A stretch of DNA of 64,000 nucleotides from Oscillibacter sp. MSJ-31 (GTDB taxonomy: Bacteria > Bacteroidota > Bacteroidia > Bacteroidales > Bacteroidaceae). Below the pieces are notes generated by a model that ran no database searches, was not told the origin of the DNA, and worked only from the letters and a program-made list of their open reading frames with translations. The stretch is from the NCBI GenBank assembly GCA_963651005.1, contig CAVJNH010000003.1, positions 778 through 64,777 on the forward strand. The letters are read 5' to 3'. Positions 29,187 through 41,086 of the stretch are shown here, piece by piece. Position numbers and translations under genes: made by a program. Numbering within the stretch: the stretch's first letter is position 1; each line of letters begins with the position of its first letter.

Positions 29187-30527
29187 TTACACGATGGGCA
29201 GCGATATTCCGCTGATTTTCTGGTAAACGTCGAGTGCATAGACATCGGTCATTCCGGAGATGTAATCTATCACGGCCATGATGCGTGTCTCCAGATTTTC
29301 TGACTGAATGTCGTATTGGCTGGAGACCCTTCTGATGAGCTGTTGCGAATAGTAGCGTTCGGGGTGTACTACGGCATCTGTCATCTGCTTGAGCAAGGTG
29401 CCCATAATCTTATAACCCGACAGTTCCACGTCCAACACGGGGCGGCTGTGGTAGATACAGCGTTCCGACAGTTCTGCACAGCGCCGATAGGCTTCGTTTT
29501 GCAAAGGATGGATATGGTCTATCAGGCCACCCGTGAAAGTGCCGTTGAGAATACTTTCCTCGTTTTCAACGAAAGCGTTGACACATTCGTTTTCCAACTT
29601 ACCAATCACACAGGCTCGCAGATACACGATTTTCTCATTGGGGTCCTGTAGTTCCTCATTACTGATGCGCTGACGGATTCTGGCCTGTGTGTCCTCGTCA
29701 AAGAAATCGAGAAGCCGCCGCTCGGTTTCTTCATACGAAATGATTTTCAGTTTGTGGGCATCCTCTATGTCCATGATTTCGTAACAGATATCGTCGGCCG
29801 CTTCTACCAGAAACACCAGCGGATGGCGGGCATAATGCAGAGGAGCACCTGGGGCAGAAAGCCGTTTTATTCCCATTTCATCGGCGATACGCCGGTAGAA
29901 ATCTTGCTCCGACTGGAAGAAGCCGAACTTTCCTTTCTTGCTGGCCACCGACGAAGCGTAGGGATATTTCACGATGCTGGCCAGGGTGCTGTAGGTCATG
30001 ACGAAACCGCCCGCACGACGTCCTTTGAATTGATGGGTCAAAAGGCGGAAAGCATTGGCATTCCCCTCGAAATGGGTAATGTCGTCCCAGAATGCCGCAC
30101 TCACTTGAGATTTCAACTGCAAGCCCTCGCCCTCGGTGAAGAAGGTCTGTATGGCCTTTTCGCCGCTGTGGCCGAAGGGAGGATTCCCCAAATCGTGCGC
30201 CAGACAGGCCGTCGACACGATTTGCCCAATCTGTTCAAACAAAGTGCCTTTCAACTCCGGATGCCGTTCCGCGACAAGCCGTTGCGCCACGTCGTTGCCC
30301 AACGACATTCCGACGCTGGCCACCTCCAACGAGTGGGTCAGGCGGTTGTGTACGAAAATGCTGCCGGGCAACGGGAACACCTGGGTCTTGTTCTGCAACC
30401 GGCGGAAGGGTGCAGAAAAGATCAGCCGATCGTAGTCGCGCTTGAATTCTGTACGGTCGTCGTGCCGCTCGGTGTGCCGGTGTTCCTGCCCGAGCCGTTT
30501 GTTCGATATGAGTTTCATCCATTCCAT
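29187..30527 (-). CDS. dgt: Deoxyguanosinetriphosphate triphosphohydrolase (HD family)
   Basis: FRRLQNKTQVF, RLTHSLEV, HDLGNPPFGHSGE, DYISGMTD. Confidence 0.93.
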   Translation of the reverse strand: MEWMKLISNKRLGQEHRHTERHDDRTEFKRDYDRLIFSAPFRRLQNKTQVFPLPGSIFVHNRLTHSLEVASVGMSLGNDVAQRLVAERHPELKGTLFEQIGQIVSTACLAHDLGNPPFGHSGEKAIQTFFTEGEGLQLKSQVSAAFWDDITHFEGNANAFRLLTHQFKGRRAGGFVMTYSTLASIVKYPYASSVASKKGKFGFFQSEQDFYRRIADEMGIKRLSAPGAPLHYARHPLVFLVEAADDICYEIMDIEDAHKLKIISYEETERRLLDFFDEDTQARIRQRISNEELQDPNEKIVYLRACVIGKLENECVNAFVENEESILNGTFTGGLIDHIHPLQNEAYRRCAELSERCIYHSRPVLDVELSGYKIMGTLLKQMTDAVVHPERYYSQQLIRRVSSQYDIQSENLETRIMAVIDYISGMTDVYALDVYQKISGISLPIV

Positions 30528-30640
30528 GTCGGCAAAGTTACTAAAAAGTATGAACCCGACAAAGTTTTCCGCAAAAAACGATGGCTGTTTAACGGGAAAA
30601 ATGTAATTTTGCACGTTGTTTATATAGAAAGAAACGACCC

Positions 30641-31078
30641 ATGCTGAAAATTAACGTCATCAATCGGGGACACCAGCCGCTCCCCACCTACGCCACCCCG
30701 CAAAGTGCGGGGCTGGATCTCCGTGCCAACCTTGAAACGCCCATCGTGCTCCGTCCCATGGAGCGCCGGCTCATCCCCACAGGGCTGCACATCGCCCTGC
30801 CCGATGGTTACGAGGCACAGGTGCGCCCCCGTAGCGGACTGGCGTTGAAGCATGGCCTGACCGTGCTCAACGCTCCCGGAACCATCGATGCAGACTACCG
30901 GGGCGAGATTGGTGTCGTGCTCATCAATCTGTCACAGGAAGATTTCACGGTCAACGACGGGGAACGCATCGCCCAGTTGGTAGTGGCACGCTACGAACAG
31001 GTAGACTTCACACTGGCCGAGACACTCGACAAAACCGAACGGGGCGAAGGAGGCTACGGCCACACGGGAGTGAAGTGA
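30641..31078 (+). CDS. dut: dUTP diphosphatase
   Basis: [31 protein letters not shown]. Confidence 0.97.
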   Translation: MLKINVINRGHQPLPTYATPQSAGLDLRANLETPIVLRPMERRLIPTGLHIALPDGYEAQVRPRSGLALKHGLTVLNAPGTIDADYRGEIGVVLINLSQEDFTVNDGERIAQLVVARYEQVDFTLAETLDKTERGEGGYGHTGVK

Positions 31079-31093
31079 AGGGAGTGAAGTGAA
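31066..31093. repeat. Perfect 14-bp tandem duplication spanning the dut stop codon
   Basis: GGGAGTGAAGTGAA occurs twice in tandem. Confidence 0.9.
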
Positions 31094-31131
31094 GGAAGAG
31101 CGCAAAGAGAATAAAGAACAGCGGACTACGC

Positions 31132-32865
31132 ATGAAACAACGATATACGACATTCCTGTTGGCCGTGGTATGGGCGTGGACAGCCGCAGGCGCACAGCCC
31201 GGTGAGGACACGTCAAGGAAATACGACACCTTTTTCCTCGAAGCCGTCTGCGAACGGGTCAAGGGCAACAATGATGCCGCTTTCGACCTCTTGCGGCATT
31301 GTGTCGCCATCGACTCCACGAAATCGGAAGCATGGTATTTCCTGGCGCAATACTACAATGCGCTGAAACAGGACGACGAAGCGCAGCGTTGTGTGGAAAA
31401 GGCGGCCGCGCTCGACCCCCACATCTCCACCTATCAGGAAATACTGGCCGACCTCTATCTCAACAAGCAGGACTATCCCAAAGCCATCGAGGTGCTCAAC
31501 CGCATTTACGAGGCCAACCACGACCGGGACGATGTGCTCCGTATGCTGGTGTCCATCTATGAAGACCAAAAAGACTATCGTGCAGCCATCCGCACCGTCG
31601 ACCGTCTGGAAGTGATGGAAGGGAGGAATGTGCAGTATTCGCTGAAGAAGAGCGGCTATTACACCGAACTGGGAGACAAGAAAGCGGCTGTCCTTGAGAT
31701 GCAGAAGCTCTCGGATCAGTTTCCCAACGATTTGAATTATCGCTGCCTCTATGCGGAAGTGCTTATCGCCAACGGGCAGAAAGCCAAAGGAATGGGCATC
31801 TGCCAGGACATTCTCCGTCAAGATGCGGACCACCGCCTCACCCTGCTGTTCCTGTTGCAGTACGAACAGGAGCATGGCGACCCGGACAAGGCCGACTCTC
31901 TGCTCCAGCGTGTGCTGCTCTGCAAGAACGTCACGTCCCAGGACAAGGTGTCGCTTATGCGCCGACAGATTGCGGAGAGCGAACAGAACGTGGGAGATTC
32001 CACGCAAGTGCTGTCCCAGTTTGACGGCATTCTGAAGCAGAAGCCGTTCGATGCGGACGTGGCCATGCTCTGTGCCGCATACATGACGCTCAAGAAAATG
32101 CCGAACGACACGATTGTCCGGATGCTCAACCGCGTCATCGCCGAGACCCCCGACAATGCGGCGGCAAGACTGCAACTGGTGGACTATGCCTGGCGCGCCA
32201 AGGACTTGGACCGCATCATCCGTCTCTGTCAGGAAGCACGGCGGTATAATCCCGATGAAATGGCCTTTTATTACTATCAGGGTGTGGCCTACTACCAGAA
32301 AGACCAACTTGACGAGGCCCTCGACGCTTTCCAGAACGGCATCGGTGTCATTACGCAGGAGAGCAACCCCGACATTGTCAGCGACTTCTATGCTGTCATG
32401 GGCGACATCTATCATCAGAAGGGTTTCGAGAAGGAAGCGTTTGCCGCCTACGACTCGTGCCTGCAATGGAAGGCGGACAACGTGTCGTGCCTCAACAACT
32501 ACGCCTACTACCTCTCGGAGTCCGGCCAGCAGTTGGACAAGGCCGAGCAGATGTCACTCCAAACGGTCAAGGCAGAACCCAAAAACGCCACATTCCTCGA
32601 CACCTACGCCTGGATTCTGTTTCGGCAGAAGCGATACGCCGAGGCGAAAATCTATATCGACCAGACGCTGCAATGCGACTCGGACACGTCAGCCGTCCTG
32701 CTCGAACACGCCGGAGACATCTATTATCATGTGGGCAACAAAAGCCAGGCTGTGGCCTATTGGCAGAAAGCACTGGAACGCGCCCGGCAGACGGCCACCC
32801 CTAAGGACGACCGGACCAAAATCATCGCACGTAAGGTAAAACTGAAGAAATACATCAAAGAATGA
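31132..32865 (+). CDS. Exported tetratricopeptide-repeat protein
   Basis: Signal peptide; TPR pattern; LNNYAYYL and FLDTYAWILF. Confidence 0.88.
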   Translation: MKQRYTTFLLAVVWAWTAAGAQPGEDTSRKYDTFFLEAVCERVKGNNDAAFDLLRHCVAIDSTKSEAWYFLAQYYNALKQDDEAQRCVEKAAALDPHISTYQEILADLYLNKQDYPKAIEVLNRIYEANHDRDDVLRMLVSIYEDQKDYRAAIRTVDRLEVMEGRNVQYSLKKSGYYTELGDKKAAVLEMQKLSDQFPNDLNYRCLYAEVLIANGQKAKGMGICQDILRQDADHRLTLLFLLQYEQEHGDPDKADSLLQRVLLCKNVTSQDKVSLMRRQIAESEQNVGDSTQVLSQFDGILKQKPFDADVAMLCAAYMTLKKMPNDTIVRMLNRVIAETPDNAAARLQLVDYAWRAKDLDRIIRLCQEARRYNPDEMAFYYYQGVAYYQKDQLDEALDAFQNGIGVITQESNPDIVSDFYAVMGDIYHQKGFEKEAFAAYDSCLQWKADNVSCLNNYAYYLSESGQQLDKAEQMSLQTVKAEPKNATFLDTYAWILFRQKRYAEAKIYIDQTLQCDSDTSAVLLEHAGDIYYHVGNKSQAVAYWQKALERARQTATPKDDRTKIIARKVKLKKYIKE

Positions 32866-33710
32866 AAGCACATCACCTCATAATACGGTTCGCAGGACTG
32901 GCCGTGGCCTTTACGCTTGCCGCCTGCGGAACACAGAAAAAGGCCGTCAGCGAAGACACCTCGAAAACCGCGGGCACGGCGTTGCAAAAGCAGGAGTTTC
33001 TGCAACGGGTTTCCAACCATACGCAGCAGGCCGGATGCCTCACCTCGAAGGTGAAGTTCTCTCTGGAGGCCGACGGGCGGAAGTTCACGCTCTCGGGCAG
33101 TCTCAAGATGAAGCGCGACGACGTGATCCGCCTGCAGCTCACGGCATTCGGCGGACTGGTCGAGGCCGGACGGCTGGAGCTTACCGAAAACTACGTCCTC
33201 ATCATGGACCGCATCAACAAACAGTATATCAAGGCCGACTACAACCAGTTGGACTTCATGCGCAACAGCGGTCTCAATTTCCACTCGCTTCAGGCCCTCT
33301 TCTGGAACGAGCTGTTCCAACCGGGCAGGACGACGCTGACGGACGGGATGCTGGCGGATTTTTCCACCGATTTCAGCGGCACAGCAGCCCGCATCACGAT
33401 GTCAAAAGACCGGTTGGGCTATCAATGGCTGGCCGGCAAGGAGGACGCGCAGATCAACAACACCTGCATAGACTACAACCAAGGTGTCTATCAGTTGGTG
33501 TGGGACTACAGCAATTTCAAACCGGCAACAGGCAGTCCCTTCCCCTATACTCACCGGGTGACCCTGCACACTCCGGACAAGGAAATTCAGTTTGAAATGA
33601 CCCTGAACGAACTTTCAAATGACGGGAACTGGGACACCCGGACTTCTATTTCCGCGAAATACCGTGAAGTGACCATTGACCAGATTCTCCGCCGTCTAAC
33701 GGCCTTTTAA
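32862..33710 (+). CDS. DUF4292-like lipoprotein
   Basis: Lipobox LAAC; usual position between the TPR and EnvC genes. Confidence 0.75.
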   Translation: MKAHHLIIRFAGLAVAFTLAACGTQKKAVSEDTSKTAGTALQKQEFLQRVSNHTQQAGCLTSKVKFSLEADGRKFTLSGSLKMKRDDVIRLQLTAFGGLVEAGRLELTENYVLIMDRINKQYIKADYNQLDFMRNSGLNFHSLQALFWNELFQPGRTTLTDGMLADFSTDFSGTAARITMSKDRLGYQWLAGKEDAQINNTCIDYNQGVYQLVWDYSNFKPATGSPFPYTHRVTLHTPDKEIQFEMTLNELSNDGNWDTRTSISAKYREVTIDQILRRLTAF

Positions 33711-33716
33711 CAGCGA

Positions 33717-35171
33717 ATGAAGCGAATCATCATACTCTCCCTCCTCGCCTGCTCCTTCGCCGCGCTTCCTGCGCAGCAAAGGAAAACGACAAAAGCAAAG
33801 GCAAGAACCACCACGACGAGTGCCCAGCGCAAGAAGCAGGTGTCGGGCAACAAGCGCACGCCTGACAAGCAGACGAAACGCACCGCAACCCGCCAGACGG
33901 AATCGGTGCAGAGCCTGCAGAACCAGCGCAAGAACATCCAGCGGCAAATCCGGCTGCAGGAGCAGCGTCTGCGCTCCAACGAACGCAACGTGAAGCTGCG
34001 CCTGCAGGACTTGATGGCCCTCAACACCGAGATTGCCTCCAAACGCCGCACCATCGACACGATACGCCACGACCTCTCCGGCATCGACCAGGAAATCCGG
34101 ACGATGAACCGCGAACTCGATGCGTTGCAGCAGGAGTTGGACGAATACAAACGCCGGTACGTCAAGTCGATGCGCTATATGCATCGCAACCGTTCCCTCC
34201 AGAGCCAGATGATGTTTGTCTTCAGTGCCAACAGCTTCGCACAGATGTGGCGACGACTGCGCTTCATGCGGGAATACGCATCCTATCAGCGGTCACAGGG
34301 CGAGGACGTGAAAGTGAAGCAGGCCGAGGTGTCGGCCAAGCGCAGCGAACTGGCCGGGGCACGCGATGCCAAGCACCGGTTGCTGACACGCGGCGAACAG
34401 GAGCAGCGTTCCCTGGAGGGCAAGCAGACCGAGCAGCAACAGGTAGTCACGTCGTTGCAGAAGGAACAGAAGACCATTCAGCGCGTGATTGCCCAACAGC
34501 GCAAGAAAGACGCGGCACTCAACGAGCGCATCGACCAGTTGATTGCGGAGGAGGTCGCACGGCAGAGAGCCCGTGCCGCCGCTGAAGCCAGACGCAAGGC
34601 GGCAGCCGAGGCTGCGGCACGCAAGCGGGCGGAGGAAGAGGCTGCGGCACGCAAGCAGCGTGCCGCCGAAGACAACAAGCCGCCGCGTCGGGAGGTGGCC
34701 GAAACCAAGAAGAAGGAGAAGAAAGCGGAGGAAGTGCGCTACACCATGGACAGCGACGACCGCCGCATCAGCGGCAATTTCGAGAGCAACCGCGGGCGGC
34801 TGCCCATCCCCATCACCGGCAGCTACCGTATTGTGAGCCATTTCGGACAATATAACGTGGAAGGGCTGAACAATGTGCGGCTGGACAACAAGGGCATCAA
34901 CATACAGGGGCAGGCCGGCGCACAGGCCAGAAGCATCTTCGACGGCGAGGTCAGCGGCGTGTACCGCTTCGGCGGAACCATCATCGTCATGGTGCGCCAC
35001 GGCAGCTACATCTCCGTCTATTACAACCTGTCGTCCGTCAGCGTACACCGTGGGCAGAAGGTCACCACGCGGCAAGTCCTTGGACGTGTCGGACAGGACA
35101 ACATCCTGCAGTTCCAGTTGCGCAAGGAGACTTCCAAACTCAATCCGGAAGTCTGGCTGGCAAGGAATTAG
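33717..35171 (+). CDS. EnvC-like murein hydrolase activator (coiled coil plus degenerate M23)
   Basis: Long coiled coil; M23 domain with Zn ligands replaced (NKGINI, LQFQLR). Confidence 0.85.
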   Translation: MKRIIILSLLACSFAALPAQQRKTTKAKARTTTTSAQRKKQVSGNKRTPDKQTKRTATRQTESVQSLQNQRKNIQRQIRLQEQRLRSNERNVKLRLQDLMALNTEIASKRRTIDTIRHDLSGIDQEIRTMNRELDALQQELDEYKRRYVKSMRYMHRNRSLQSQMMFVFSANSFAQMWRRLRFMREYASYQRSQGEDVKVKQAEVSAKRSELAGARDAKHRLLTRGEQEQRSLEGKQTEQQQVVTSLQKEQKTIQRVIAQQRKKDAALNERIDQLIAEEVARQRARAAAEARRKAAAEAAARKRAEEEAAARKQRAAEDNKPPRREVAETKKKEKKAEEVRYTMDSDDRRISGNFESNRGRLPIPITGSYRIVSHFGQYNVEGLNNVRLDNKGINIQGQAGAQARSIFDGEVSGVYRFGGTIIVMVRHGSYISVYYNLSSVSVHRGQKVTTRQVLGRVGQDNILQFQLRKETSKLNPEVWLARN

Positions 35172-35201
35172 TGACTTTTTAATCGTCACTTAGCAAAACA
35201 T

Positions 35202-36260
35202 TCAGGAAACCAGAAGGTTCAGATACGTCTCAATGGCCTGACGGATTTCGTCCAGTCCGATGTATTCGTCGGCACTGTGGCTCCGGCTTGATTCGCCGGG
35301 GCCGAGCTTCAGCGAGGCGAACGGCATCAGTGCCTGGTCGCTGAGCGTGGGGGAGCCGAACGGCTTCATGCCCATGGCGATGCAGCGGCTGACGAGGGGA
35401 TGGTCTATGGGAATCGACGAGGACGAGAGCCGGAAAGAGCGCGCCTTCAGCTCACTTTTCATCTGCGACTGGAGGTATTGGAAAAGCTCCTCGTTGCGGT
35501 CATGTTCGTTGGTGCGCACGTCAATGGTGAACCGGCACTCGTCGGGAATCACGTTGTGCTGTGTGCCGGCTTGGATGATGGTCACGGTGGCCTTGGTGGG
35601 CCCGAGCAAAGGACTGACCTTCCCGAACTGATGGTTGCACAACCACCGGATGTCCTCCATGGCCTTGTAGATGGCGTTCTCGCCCTCGTTGCGCGCAGCG
35701 TGCCCGCTCTTCCCGCGTGCCACGGCATCGATCACCATCAGTCCCTTTTCGGCCACGGCAGGCTGCATCCCGGTCGGCTCGCCCACGATGGCCACGTCAA
35801 TATGCGGCAGTTGCGGGGCAATCAGCGTGAAACCGCCGGCACCGCTCACCTCCTCTTCGGCACTGGCCACATAGACCAGATTGTAGGGCAAGTCCTTGCG
35901 GCAGAGTGCCCGGTAGACCACGAGCAGGCTGACGAGTCCGCCGCCACAGTCGTTGGACCCCAGTCCGTAGAGCCGTCCGTTTTCGATGTCCGGCGAGAAG
36001 GGGTCGCGCGTCCACGTACTCACGGGCTTCACCGTGTCGAGATGGGCATTGAGCAACAGGGTGGGCTTGTTGTCGTCCCGTTTCCCTGTGAGCATCAGAT
36101 TGTTCCCCACCCGTTTCGGATCCAGTCCCCATTGCGCCATCTGCAGCTCCATCAGGTCAGCCGCGCCCTTCTCGTCGCGGCTGACCGATGGGGTGCTGAT
36201 CAGTCTCTGCAGCAACTGTACGGCCTCTTCGGCCATCTGTTGTACGGGGAATGTCGTCAC
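35202..36260 (-). CDS. M20 metallohydrolase (ArgE/DapE-like)
   Basis: NAHLDTV, GLGSND, AEEE, GEPT, HSADE. Confidence 0.88.
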   Translation of the reverse strand: MTTFPVQQMAEEAVQLLQRLISTPSVSRDEKGAADLMELQMAQWGLDPKRVGNNLMLTGKRDDNKPTLLLNAHLDTVKPVSTWTRDPFSPDIENGRLYGLGSNDCGGGLVSLLVVYRALCRKDLPYNLVYVASAEEEVSGAGGFTLIAPQLPHIDVAIVGEPTGMQPAVAEKGLMVIDAVARGKSGHAARNEGENAIYKAMEDIRWLCNHQFGKVSPLLGPTKATVTIIQAGTQHNVIPDECRFTIDVRTNEHDRNEELFQYLQSQMKSELKARSFRLSSSSIPIDHPLVSRCIAMGMKPFGSPTLSDQALMPFASLKLGPGESSRSHSADEYIGLDEIRQAIETYLNLLVS

Positions 36261-36269
36261 GCGGGGAAC

Positions 36270-37790
36270 TCAGTCTGTTATCAGGTTCTCGCCCGTCATG
36301 TCGGCAGGCTTCTCCAGTCCCATGATGTGCAGGATGGAGGGAGCCACGTCGGCCAGCCGTCCGTCCTTCACCGTAGCACTGTTGTTGTCGGTCACATAGA
36401 TGAACGGAACGGGATTGAGCGAGTGGGCCGTATTGGGCGTTCCGTCGGGGTTGATGGCATTGTCGGCATTGCCGTGGTCGGCGATGATGATGGCCTCGTA
36501 GCCGTTGGCCTTGACGGCCTCTATCACCTCCTTCACGCAGTGGTCGACGGCCCATACGGCCTTGGCAATGGCGTTGTAGACACCGGTGTGCCCCACCATG
36601 TCGCCGTTGGCGAAGTTCACCACGATGAAGTCATACAGGTTCTCGTTGATGGCGGCCACCAGCTTGTCCTTGACCTCGTAGGCACTCATCTCGGGCTTGA
36701 GGTCGTAGGTGGCCACCTTGGGCGACGGCACGAGGATGCGGTCCTCGCCTTCGAAGGGCTGTTCGCGTCCGCCGTTGAAGAAGAACGTCACGTGGGCATA
36801 CTTCTCCGTCTCAGCCGTGTGCAGTTGTTTTTTACCCTGCCGGGAGAGGTACTCGCCGAGCGTGTCCTCCACGTTCTCCTTGGGGAACAGGATGTGTACG
36901 CCCTGGAACGAGGCATCGTACGGGGTCATGCAGTAGTACTGCAGGTTCTTGACGGTCTGCATCCCCTGCTCCGGCATGTCCTGCTGGGTGAGCACCACGG
37001 TCAGCTCCTTAGCGCGGTCGTTGCGGAAATTGATGAAGATCACCACGTCGCCCTCCTCTATCAGACCGTTGACGCTGCTATTGTGGATGGGCTTGATGAA
37101 CTCGTCGGTCACGCCCTCGTCGTACGACTCCTGCATGGCAGCCACCATGTCAGCCGACTGCTTGCCCTCGCCCTTCACGATCAGGTTGTAAGCCTCTTTG
37201 ACGCGCTCCCAACGCTTGTCGCGGTCCATGGCGTAGAAGCGTCCCACGATGTCGGCAATGGCCGCATCGTTGTCGGCACACACCTTGGTGAGCTGTTCGA
37301 TGAATCCCTTGCCGCTCTTCGGATCGGTGTCGCGCCCGTCCATGAAGCAGTGCACGAAGGTCTGGTTCTTCAGCCCATACGTCTTGCCCACTTCTATGAG
37401 CTTGAACAGGTGGTCGAGGCTGGAGTGCACGCCGCCATTCGAGGTCAGCCCCATCAGGTGGAGCTTCTTCCCGTGCTCCCTGACGTAGGTGTAGGCCGCC
37501 TTCACCTGGGCATTGTCCACGATGGAACCGTCTTTGCAGGCACGGTTGATTTTCACGAGGTCCTGATACACCACACGACCGGCACCGATATTGAGATGTC
37601 CCACTTCCGAGTTGCCCATCTGTCCGTCGGGCAGTCCCACGTCTTCGCCCGAAGCGGCCAACTGCGAGTGGGCCGAAACGGCAGTCAGATAGTCCAGATA
37701 CGGGGTCGGCGTATTGTAGATTACGTCACCTTTCCCATGTTTCCCGATTCCCCATCCGTCGAGAATCATCAATAAAGCTTTCTTTGCCAT
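36270..37790 (-). CDS. gpmI: 2,3-bisphosphoglycerate-independent phosphoglycerate mutase
   Basis: [28 protein letters not shown]. Confidence 0.97.
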   Translation of the reverse strand: MAKKALLMILDGWGIGKHGKGDVIYNTPTPYLDYLTAVSAHSQLAASGEDVGLPDGQMGNSEVGHLNIGAGRVVYQDLVKINRACKDGSIVDNAQVKAAYTYVREHGKKLHLMGLTSNGGVHSSLDHLFKLIEVGKTYGLKNQTFVHCFMDGRDTDPKSGKGFIEQLTKVCADNDAAIADIVGRFYAMDRDKRWERVKEAYNLIVKGEGKQSADMVAAMQESYDEGVTDEFIKPIHNSSVNGLIEEGDVVIFINFRNDRAKELTVVLTQQDMPEQGMQTVKNLQYYCMTPYDASFQGVHILFPKENVEDTLGEYLSRQGKKQLHTAETEKYAHVTFFFNGGREQPFEGEDRILVPSPKVATYDLKPEMSAYEVKDKLVAAINENLYDFIVVNFANGDMVGHTGVYNAIAKAVWAVDHCVKEVIEAVKANGYEAIIIADHGNADNAINPDGTPNTAHSLNPVPFIYVTDNNSATVKDGRLADVAPSILHIMGLEKPADMTGENLITD

Positions 37791-37974
37791 AATATTGTTT
37801 GTTTACGTATACTTTTGTTGCCTGCAAAGGTACGAATATCTTCTGAAAACACCAACACTTTGTCACGAGTTTCTTTGCTGTTTTTGGAGGTATAGGGGTG
37901 TGGGCGGACTGTTCGCTTTCATTGTCCGGAGCGAGCGAGGAATCCTTCGCACCCGGGCAGCAGGGCAAGGAGGC

Positions 37975-38030
37975 AAAAATCTCACTCTCTCGGCAGAGAG
38001 AAAAAACTCTCTCGGCAGAGAAAAAAATAA
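37975..38030. repeat. Intergenic dispersed repeat A, copy 2
   Basis: CTCTCTCGGCAGAGAGAAAAAA followed by a near-identical second unit; matches 3508-3562. Confidence 0.8.
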
Positions 38031-38167
38031 GGGTACGCAGCAGGGCACGGTTTATCCTGCGTGACGACGGCCGAAACGTTAAGAAAACAAAAAAACGAGT
38101 ATATATATAAGGTGCAACCAAAACTTTTGTCTACTTTTGCAGCCCGAATAACATTATCATCACAAGT

Positions 38168-40488
<2,321 letters not shown>

Positions 40489-40492
<4 letters not shown>

Positions 40493-41016
40493 GGCGCATC
40501 ATACTGATTGGCTACATGGGCTCGGGGAAGACCACCGTGGGCAGGGCACTCTCCAGGGAGACGGGCATGATGTTCTACGACCTCGACTGGTACATCGAAA
40601 GCCGTATGCGGAAGACGGTGGCGCAGATTTTCGCCGAACGGGGCGAAGAGGGATTCCGACGGATCGAATACAATATGTTGCATGAAGTGGCAGAGTTCGA
40701 GAACGTCATCGTCAGTTGCGGAGGCGGCACGCCCTGCTTCTTCGACAACATCGACTACCTCAACCGGCAGGGCGACGTGGCCTACCTCAAGGCCACACCC
40801 GAAGTGCTCTGCCGCCACCTGCTGATGGGCAAGGTGGAGCGGCCCCTCGTCAAGGGGAAAAGCCCCGAGGAACTCATCGACTACGTCACCCGACACCTCG
40901 CCGAGCGCGAAGCCTTCTACCGGAAAGCACGCTACACGCTCGACGTCAGTCTGCTGGACAACGGCGACAAAATCCGGCTCAGCGTGGAGCGTCTGCGCAG
41001 CCTGCTCCACATCTGA
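40489..41016 (+). CDS. aroK: Shikimate kinase
   Basis: GYMGSGKTT P-loop, DLD, CGGG; ATGA overlap with topA. Confidence 0.93.
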
Positions 41017-41086
41017 ACACCCGTGAAAACAACCCAACCGACAACAAACGAAACAAACCTAACTCTCTTTTCTGTCAAGACGAACA

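Noticed and set aside
34560..34670. Repeated GAGGCTGCGGCACGCAAGC in the EnvC-like gene
   Set aside because: Encodes an ordinary Ala/Arg/Glu-rich coiled-coil linker.
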